Shown here piece after piece: positions 57,594-64,000 of a DNA stretch of 64,000 bases. Within the stretch, counting starts at the first letter, position 1. Every line of letters begins with the position of its first letter. Origin of the DNA: Candidatus Nanopelagicales bacterium (GTDB taxonomy: Bacteria; Actinomycetota; Actinomycetes; S36-B12); assembly GCA_018609125.1 (NCBI GenBank), contig JABAYF010000003.1, positions 8,879 through 72,878 of the forward strand. The letters are read 5' to 3'. Made by a program: the position numbers and the translations under genes. The notes below the pieces were generated by a model, which searched no databases, was not told where the DNA came from, and saw nothing but the letters and a program-made list of their open reading frames with translations.

Positions 57594-58076
57594 TTGCTCA
57601 GCCGCAGAGCGCTGCTGGTTGGCCTCGCAGTGGGTTCTACCGCCGTCGTCACCGGATGCACCACGAATGATGATTCACTTCCGGTCGACCCCACCTCATC
57701 TGCTGCTGAACCCGATAATGACCTCGCGGTCGCCGAATCGGTTGTGGTTAACGAAATCGCCCTCGTGGCCATGTACGAGCAGGTCATTGCATCAACCACT
57801 AACAACGCATCAACCTTGGCCCTCCTCAGCGAGATTGCCAATCAACACCGACTCCACGCGCAGGCGATGCCGACGACCTATGCGCCTCCCGCGCCATCAC
57901 CCGCGATGAACAGGCCAACGATCGACGACCTCATTGCCGCAGAACGCAATGCAGCCGATCAGCGAACGTCTTCATGCATGGAGGCCACCGCCGAAAACCT
58001 CACCAGAAGCCTGGCACTTATTGCGGCGTCGGAGGCGTCACACGTTCAGGCACTCAGCCAAGTGATTCCGACATGA
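57594..58076 (+). CDS. ferritin-like (DUF4439-type) protein with Tat/lipoprotein signal
   Basis: TTG start 6 nt after GGAGG. MLSRRALLVGLAVGSTAVVTGC contains a twin-arginine and a lipobox Cys. Confidence 0.6.
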   Translation: MLSRRALLVGLAVGSTAVVTGCTTNDDSLPVDPTSSAAEPDNDLAVAESVVVNEIALVAMYEQVIASTTNNASTLALLSEIANQHRLHAQAMPTTYAPPAPSPAMNRPTIDDLIAAERNAADQRTSSCMEATAENLTRSLALIAASEASHVQALSQVIPT

Positions 58077-58462
58077 GTGGGGCACTAGAACAGGTCATCC
58101 AGGGCGAGGAAGCTGCCGTCTACGCATACGGCCGCGCAGCACCATACCTTTCGGGGGCAGAAAACGATCGAGTTCGAGGTGGCCTCGTTGCCCACCAACA
58201 ACGTGTCACAGCGCTGCGCGCGGAACTCAACGTTCAATCTCAGCCGCAGGCACCACTGGGCTTTGAGGTACCTCAGGTCATTGACGGTGGTACCGCCCGA
58301 TCGCTACTCGGCGAGGTTGAGGCAAGACTTTCTGCGCAGTACGCGGACCTAGCCGCGGCCAGCACGGGTGACCAACGAAGGGAAGCCGTTCTCATCGCGA
58401 GAGAATGCGCGGTTCGAAGCATCACGTGGGGCGCTGCGCCACAACCGTTTCCTGGCCGTTAG
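58073..58462 (+). CDS. ferritin-like DUF4439 protein
   Basis: ATGA-coupled to the previous gene. ALEQVIQGEEAAVYAYGRAAPYL is typical of DUF4439 (from memory). Confidence 0.6.
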   Translation: MSGALEQVIQGEEAAVYAYGRAAPYLSGAENDRVRGGLVAHQQRVTALRAELNVQSQPQAPLGFEVPQVIDGGTARSLLGEVEARLSAQYADLAAASTGDQRREAVLIARECAVRSITWGAAPQPFPGR

Positions 58463-59181
58463 CGCAACAGATCAACGGTGAGGGTCACCAGCAGAATCCC
58501 CACGACAACGAGGAGCACGATGCGCACGAAATCACTCCCCCGAGCCATAGCTGTACGTGCCCCAATCACCCCACCCGCGATGTTGCAGGCACCCATTGCG
58601 AGGCCGAGCAACCAGATGACAGAACCACCCAGCCCAAAGATAATGAGCGCTGCTGCATTAGTGCCGACGTTGACCAGCTTTGCCGTCGCCGATGCCCGCA
58701 AGTAGGAATAGCCCAACGCCGCCACCAGCAAGACGATGAGAAATGCTCCCGTGCCGGGGCCCAGCATGCCGTCGTAAAAACCGATGCCGCCACCACCGAT
58801 CAGAGCGGTCCCCCATTTCCGCCTCGTAGACACGACGGGTGCTGCGGAGGACAACCAGCGAGAACGAAAGGCGATCAGTACCCACACCACGCCCAAAGCG
58901 ATAACGACAAAAGGTCGCAGCACCTCAACGGGTAGTCGCAGCGCCACCAACGCCCCCGCCCCGGCGCCAATGAACGCCGCGGCGGCCATCGGCAGGGCGG
59001 TGCGCAACTCGGGTTTAACTTTTCGAGCATAGGTAATCGCCGCAGCGGAGGTCCCCGCTATGGAGGACAGTTTATTGGTGCCCAAGGCTGCCTGCGGTGC
59101 ATCAGCCGGGACAGACAGCAGCAAAGCCGGCACCTGAAGGAGACCGCCGCCGCCACTGACCGCATCCACCCACCCGGCCAC
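58459..59181 (-). CDS. TSUP family (TauE/SafE) anion exporter
   Basis: AGWVDAVSGGGGLLQVPALLL motif and 7-8 TM helices. The true start is probably upstream of the GTG at 59181 (see findings). Confidence 0.75.
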   Translation of the reverse strand: MAGWVDAVSGGGGLLQVPALLLSVPADAPQAALGTNKLSSIAGTSAAAITYARKVKPELRTALPMAAAAFIGAGAGALVALRLPVEVLRPFVVIALGVVWVLIAFRSRWLSSAAPVVSTRRKWGTALIGGGGIGFYDGMLGPGTGAFLIVLLVAALGYSYLRASATAKLVNVGTNAAALIIFGLGGSVIWLLGLAMGACNIAGGVIGARTAMARGSDFVRIVLLVVVGILLVTLTVDLLR

Positions 59182-59246
59182 GGCCGCTACAACACATAGC
59201 AGGGCGATGGTCCAGCCGGAATCAATGAGCCCAATGCCGGCCGTTC

Positions 59247-59996
59247 CTAGGTCGATACCTCACCCCGCGCAGCGTCATACTCACTCATCCAGCGGTCGAC
59301 GACGCCAACTATTTCTCCCAGCGATCCCAGCACAGCATCAGGTTCAACTGCGATGTCAACCGCCTGGTTCCCTAACCGAGAGTGGGGAATCAGGGCGGCG
59401 CGCATCCCGACCTGTTGTGCGCCATACACGTCATCCCACGGACGATCGCCGACGAAGACTGCCTCCTCTGGCGTGAGATCAAGGGCGCTGAGTACGGCCG
59501 TGAAGGCATCAAGATGCGGCTTTGCGACAGGGATTTCGCTCGAGTAGACCGCGGCGTCGATGAGTTGGTGTAGATCGTCACGTTTGAATACCTGCTCGTG
59601 ATGTGACCGCGGCCACATCGTGTTGGACAACACCCCGATCAAAAGGCCGCGGTCGGCCAGGGCTTGCAGCGTCGACTTCGCTTCAGGGTCGGCCAACGTG
59701 TGTGGATCCCAGGCTGAGAGGTAGGCGGCCATAGCTGCGCGATGCCTAGTGGACGAGACATCCACACCAACGCTCGCCCAGATATGATCCAGCGTTCCGG
59801 TTCCCGCAGCTCCATTAGTCACTTGCTGGTCACGCCACTGGGCAATTTCGGCGGCCATGAGCCGCTCAGCCATCGATTCATCAAGTGGCGCATACACATC
59901 GACATAGTGCTGCCATTGCGCAACGAGATCGATGTCATGCCACGGCGTCAGAGTGCCACCCCAGTCGAAAATAACCCCCCGGATCTGCCGCGTCAT
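59247..59996 (-). CDS. HAD superfamily hydrolase
   Basis: Motif [12 protein letters not shown], motif III/IV ...[12 protein letters not shown]. Confidence 0.75.
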   Translation of the reverse strand: MTRQIRGVIFDWGGTLTPWHDIDLVAQWQHYVDVYAPLDESMAERLMAAEIAQWRDQQVTNGAAGTGTLDHIWASVGVDVSSTRHRAAMAAYLSAWDPHTLADPEAKSTLQALADRGLLIGVLSNTMWPRSHHEQVFKRDDLHQLIDAAVYSSEIPVAKPHLDAFTAVLSALDLTPEEAVFVGDRPWDDVYGAQQVGMRAALIPHSRLGNQAVDIAVEPDAVLGSLGEIVGVVDRWMSEYDAARGEVST

Positions 59997-61771
59997 TTCT
60001 GACAGATTCCGCGAAGCCGTTCGACAGCCTCGGCGATCGGCACATCTGTGCGCTCGCCACTGGCACGATCCTTGATCTCAATGACCCCCTCGGTCAGTTT
60101 CTTCCCCACCACGACGATGGTCGGAATACCGATCAACTCAGAATCCTTAAACTTCACACCCGGTGACACATTGCGTCGATCATCGAGTAGGACGCTAATG
60201 CCAACAGACTCTAACTCTGCAGCTAGATCCTCCGTCGCCGTCGCAATCTGCTGATCTTTGCCAGCGGCGACGAGGTAGACGTCAGCCGGTGCGATAGCTC
60301 GTGGCCAGATAAGACCGACATCATCATGGTGCTGCTCGGCCACGGCTGCTACCGCACGCGACACACCAATGCCATAGGAGCCCATGGTCACCACAACTTG
60401 GCGCCCAGACTCGTCCAGTACGGTCAGATCTAGTGCCTGCGCATATTTGCGGCCCAACTGGAAAATATGTCCAATTTCGATCCCGCGCGCTAACTCAATC
60501 CCCGCACCACAATTGGGACACGGGTCGCCGCTACGGACCTCCGCTACATCGATCACCCCGTCTGCGGTGAAGTCTCGGCCCGCAACTAATCCGAACACGT
60601 GCTGTCCTGGCGCATTTGCTCCGGTAATCCACGACGTGCCCGTTGACACTCGAGGGTCGAGGAGGTATTCCACGCCCTGATCTGACCCGAGCATGGTTGG
60701 CCCGATGTATCCCTTTGTTAGAGACGGAAAACGGGCGAAGTCAGCTTCTTCGAATGGTCGGGCCACCCGAGGCAACAACACCGATTCCAAGCGCTTCATG
60801 TCAACCTCGCGATCACCGGGCAAGCCGATCGCCAGTGGCGACGCTTGCCCATCGGGGTTTGTCACCATCAGCAACACATTCTTCAGCGTGTCAGCAGCCA
60901 CCCACTCTCGATCGAGATGGCGCAGGTCTGATCGTTCATTCGACAGACCTACCAACGTGTCGATCGTCGGCGTGTTTGGAGTGTCATGCACCACCGCGGC
61001 GGATGCCTCGACAAATGAATGCGCTTCGCCTGCCGGCGTCGTGAAAGCCTCCACGTTTGCCGCGTAATCGCACTCCACACACCGCACAAAGGTGTCTTCA
61101 CCGTGCGGTGTCGGTGCGAGAAATTCCTCACTTAGGGATCCACCCATAGCACCGGACATCGCCGACACAATGACGTAGTTCAAACCAAGGGCGTCGAAAG
61201 TTTTGATGTACGCGGCTCGATGTTGGGCATAGGAAAGATCAAGTCCCGCATCGTCAATATCGAAGGAGTAGGAGTCCTTCATGACAAACTCGCGTCCGCG
61301 CAAAATTCCAGCCCGTGGGCGGGCTTCGTCTCGGTACTTAGTTTGAATCTGATAGAGCGAGACGGGCAGGTCCTTGTAGGAAGAGAATTCCCCCTTGACC
61401 ATCAGGGTGAACATTTCCTCATGCGTGGGGGCCAGCAGCATGTCCGACTCGCGCCGATCAGCGAGTCGAAACAGCGTGTCGCCGTAGTCAGCCCAACGCC
61501 CGGTACGTTCATAAGGTTCACGTGGCAGCAGGGCCGGGAAATGCACCTCTTGAAAACCAGCACTGTCCATTTCCGCGCGAACGATCTGTTCAACCTTGCG
61601 ATACACGCGATAGCCCAGCGGTAACCAGCTAAAGATTCCCGGCGCAATGCGCCGCACAAAACCAGCCCTCACCAAGAGTCGATGACTGGGCACCTCCGCG
61701 TCTGCTGGATCATCACGCAACGTACGAACGAACAGCGTCGACATGCGCAACAAGGTGGTTCTCCCCATCAA
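59993..61771 (-). CDS. proS: proline--tRNA ligase (bacterial type with editing insertion)
   Basis: [34 protein letters not shown]-terminus, class II motifs, 592 aa. Confidence 0.95.
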   Translation of the reverse strand: MMGRTTLLRMSTLFVRTLRDDPADAEVPSHRLLVRAGFVRRIAPGIFSWLPLGYRVYRKVEQIVRAEMDSAGFQEVHFPALLPREPYERTGRWADYGDTLFRLADRRESDMLLAPTHEEMFTLMVKGEFSSYKDLPVSLYQIQTKYRDEARPRAGILRGREFVMKDSYSFDIDDAGLDLSYAQHRAAYIKTFDALGLNYVIVSAMSGAMGGSLSEEFLAPTPHGEDTFVRCVECDYAANVEAFTTPAGEAHSFVEASAAVVHDTPNTPTIDTLVGLSNERSDLRHLDREWVAADTLKNVLLMVTNPDGQASPLAIGLPGDREVDMKRLESVLLPRVARPFEEADFARFPSLTKGYIGPTMLGSDQGVEYLLDPRVSTGTSWITGANAPGQHVFGLVAGRDFTADGVIDVAEVRSGDPCPNCGAGIELARGIEIGHIFQLGRKYAQALDLTVLDESGRQVVVTMGSYGIGVSRAVAAVAEQHHDDVGLIWPRAIAPADVYLVAAGKDQQIATATEDLAAELESVGISVLLDDRRNVSPGVKFKDSELIGIPTIVVVGKKLTEGVIEIKDRASGERTDVPIAEAVERLRGICQK

Positions 61772-61846
61772 ATCAGCAGAACATCGGCACGAGCGGGTCT
61801 GCGCCTGACAATACTTGGCCGCATCGGGGGCGTCGCCACAGCGCCG

Positions 61847-62689
61847 CTAAAACAACACGGTGGCGAAACGCCCGACGACGTCAAAGCCAACGCGTTCGTA
61901 GCATTTGCGCGCGTACGTGTTGTAGTCATTGACATACAGACTCACCACGGGCGCTATTTCGCGGCGAGCATGCTCCACCACCGCCGACATTCCCGCAAGC
62001 GACAGCCCGCGACCCCGGTGGGCGGGGTCGACCCAGACTCCCTGCACCTGACATGCCTGTGTCGTTGACGCACCGATCTCGGCCTTAAAGATCACCCGAC
62101 CGTCTTCTATTCGCGCCAGCGCCCGCCGTTGCCGGATGAGTTCCAGCACCCGCGCTCGATAGGCGCTGAGCATTCCGCCACCGACGGGAGAAATGCCCAC
62201 CTCTTCGGTAAACATGGCGATACTGGCGGGGAGCAAAACGTCGATTTCGTCCTCGCGAACACACCGTACGAGCGGATCAGCCGGAATCTCAGAGTTCTGG
62301 ACCATGGTCATGAGCGGTTGGTTGTCGCGCACGTCGCGCGCTGGACCCCAGGCTGGCTCGAGCATGCGCCACAAATCAAGCACCTCATCAGCATTGCCGA
62401 CCATCGACGAACTGCGCCGTCCGGTCAGGCGCAGTCGACTGGCGAACGCGGCACGCGCGGCGACTGTTGTTTCCACGGGAACGATGTTGGCACCAATCAC
62501 CATGGCACTGCGAAGTTCGCCATCGACGACGTACCCCCACGCATCACAACCCGTTCTCGTGATATCTCCTGCTACGGCCACACGACCGGAAACGAAACAG
62601 TGGGTGACCGGATCACGATCCATGAGCTGCCCCAAACCGGCTGCATCACTCTGGGTGAGGTTTCGAGTGGCCGGCGCCAACGTGGTCAT
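61847..62689 (-). CDS. GNAT family acetyltransferase (DUF4081-type, Rv2867c-like)
   Basis: C-terminal VWVDPAHRGRGLSLAGM acetyl-CoA motif. Conserved position next to ispG. Confidence 0.7.
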   Translation of the reverse strand: MTTLAPATRNLTQSDAAGLGQLMDRDPVTHCFVSGRVAVAGDITRTGCDAWGYVVDGELRSAMVIGANIVPVETTVAARAAFASRLRLTGRRSSSMVGNADEVLDLWRMLEPAWGPARDVRDNQPLMTMVQNSEIPADPLVRCVREDEIDVLLPASIAMFTEEVGISPVGGGMLSAYRARVLELIRQRRALARIEDGRVIFKAEIGASTTQACQVQGVWVDPAHRGRGLSLAGMSAVVEHARREIAPVVSLYVNDYNTYARKCYERVGFDVVGRFATVLF

Positions 62690-62698
62690 GGCGATGGT

Positions 62699-63865
62699 TT
62701 AGCCCACCGAGACCACGGGTGAACCGTCAGCATCCGTATCTGCGCCCATCTCCTCGGCCAGTCGCATCGCTTCTTCAATCAGGGTTTCCACAATTTTCGA
62801 TTCCGGAACCGTCTTGATGACCTCACCACGAACAAAGATTTGTCCTTTGCCGTTGCCCGAGGCGACCCCCAGGTCTGCTTCTCGAGCCTCGCCTGGACCG
62901 TTCACGACACAACCCATCACGGCAACGCGCAGCGGAACATCAATGCCTTCGAGCCCCGCGGTGACCTGTTCAGCCAGCGTGTACACGTCGACCTGGGCGC
63001 GCCCGCATGATGGACACGACACGATTTCGAGTCCACGCTGGCGAAGGTTCAATGATTCAAGGATCCCGATGCCAACCTTGACTTCCTCCACTGGCGGCGC
63101 AGACAGCGAAACGCGAATGGTGTCGCCGATGCCCTGGGAGAGTAATGCACCGAACGCCACCGCGGATTTGATCGTGCCCTGAAAAGTAGGTCCGGCTTCG
63201 GTAACGCCTAGGTGCAGCGGGTAATCACACTGGGCGGCGAGCAGTTGATAAGCACGCACCATGGTGACCGGGTCGTGGTGCTTCACCGAGATCTTGATGT
63301 CACCGAAACCGTGTTCTTCGAAAAGCGCGGCTTCCCAAAGAGCAGACTCGACAAGCGCCTCGGGCGTGGCCTTGCCGTACTTGGCCATCAACCGCGGATC
63401 CAGCGAACCGGCATTAACGCCGATGCGAATCGGCGTGCCGGTGTCATTGGCTGCGCGGGCGATCTCTTTGACCTTGTCGTCAAACTTCTTGATGTTTCCT
63501 GGATTCACCCGAACGCCCGCGCACCCAGCATCGAGGGCGGCGAACACGTACTTGGGTTGAAAGTGAATGTCTGCGATCACTGGAATGCCCGATTTTCTCG
63601 CGATTGCCGGCAACGCGTCGGCATCGTCTTGACTGGGAACCGCAACGCGCACAACCTGGCATCCGGTTGCCGTGAGTTCAGCAATCTGCTGCAACGTGGC
63701 ATTGACATCTGACGTGAGGGTTGTCGTCATGGACTGGACGCTTACCGGGGCATCCCCACCGACATACACCGGATGCGTGTCATGGCGAAGCAGCAACTGA
63801 CGCGTGTGGCGACGTGACGCCAAGACCGGGGGCGGCGGGGCAGGTAGGCCTAGATCAATGCTCAC
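62699..63865 (-). CDS. ispG: 4-hydroxy-3-methylbut-2-en-1-yl diphosphate synthase
   Basis: [21 protein letters not shown], and Cys ligands SCPSCGR ... GCVVNGPGE. Confidence 0.95.
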   Translation of the reverse strand: MSIDLGLPAPPPPVLASRRHTRQLLLRHDTHPVYVGGDAPVSVQSMTTTLTSDVNATLQQIAELTATGCQVVRVAVPSQDDADALPAIARKSGIPVIADIHFQPKYVFAALDAGCAGVRVNPGNIKKFDDKVKEIARAANDTGTPIRIGVNAGSLDPRLMAKYGKATPEALVESALWEAALFEEHGFGDIKISVKHHDPVTMVRAYQLLAAQCDYPLHLGVTEAGPTFQGTIKSAVAFGALLSQGIGDTIRVSLSAPPVEEVKVGIGILESLNLRQRGLEIVSCPSCGRAQVDVYTLAEQVTAGLEGIDVPLRVAVMGCVVNGPGEAREADLGVASGNGKGQIFVRGEVIKTVPESKIVETLIEEAMRLAEEMGADTDADGSPVVSVG

Positions 63866-63911
63866 CCGTTCAGTATCCCTGTAAACGCCTGGCGGCGCTC
63901 CAGCAGTACGG

Positions 63912-64000
63912 CTAGAACAGCGTTAGTGGGCGCACAACGTCGGCAAAGATGACGATGGCGCCCATGGCTATGAGAACCACGGCCACCACGTAGGCGACCG
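63912..64000 (-). CDS. C-terminal 29 codons of a membrane protein, probably M50 site-2 protease (Rip1/RseP-like); gene enters from the right edge
   Basis: Own translation: ...[28 protein letters not shown]. Hydrophobic C-terminal helix, and synteny with ispG as in mycobacteria (Rv2869c, from memory). Not in the ORF track because it is edge-truncated. Confidence 0.45.
   Translation of the reverse strand, partial: VAYVVAVVLIAMGAIVIFADVVRPLTLF

Noticed and set aside
1-64000. CRISPR arrays, rRNA/tRNA genes, IS elements, prophage, toxin-antitoxin or known defence-system genes
   Set aside because: Non-coding gaps are all 215 nt or shorter and contain no spaced repeats or cloverleaf-like sequence. 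No ORF shows nuclease, integrase, transposase or defence-type motifs that I could recognise.

Overview
High-GC actinobacterial chromosome segment. The order cannot be determined by eye. The window is almost entirely coding and very compact, with many 1-, 4- and 11-nt gene overlaps and almost no room for terminators. No rRNA, tRNA, CRISPR array, IS element or integrase was seen. The backbone is the classic actinobacterial housekeeping synteny block: dapF / miaA-miaB / recX-recA / lhr / clgR-cinA-pgsA-rimO-ftsK-rnj-dapA-thyX / dapB-M16 peptidase-pnp-rpsO-ribF / truB-rbfA-infB-ylxR-nusA-rimP / proS / ispG-rip1. From memory this is the same order as M. tuberculosis Rv2726c..Rv2869c. Both window edges cut genes that the ORF track omits: dapF on the left and a site-2-protease-like C-terminus on the right. 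The one clearly accessory block is a ~14.3 kb island (36953-51235) wedged between ribF and truB. It contains three tandem sulfotransferase-fold genes, one of them with a C-terminal membrane anchor. It also contains three GT4 glycosyltransferases, one being a two-module tandem GT, and a coiled-coil protein with degenerate GT-like regions. The remaining genes are a Wzm/Wzt-type ABC exporter, a UDP-GlcNAc 2-epimerase and a nucleotide-sugar 6-dehydrogenase. I read this as an ABC-transporter-dependent pathway for a HexNAc-uronic-acid (teichuronic-acid-like) cell-envelope polymer that is predicted to be sulfated. That is the best candidate for an undescribed system here. Secondary observations: (1) recA has a two-promoter DNA-damage architecture, with a LexA box plus a RecA-NDp/PafBC-like motif, and an MFS gene inserted into the DUF3046-recA unit. 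(2) An alkyl-DHAP-synthase-like flavoenzyme with an HHH loop lies divergent from glpD. (3) A GT4/PIG-L deacetylase pair lies between dapF and miaA. (4) A MarR/MMPL divergent pair has a perfect palindrome in the only AT-rich spacer. All functional calls rest on motif recognition by eye. No database search was possible.
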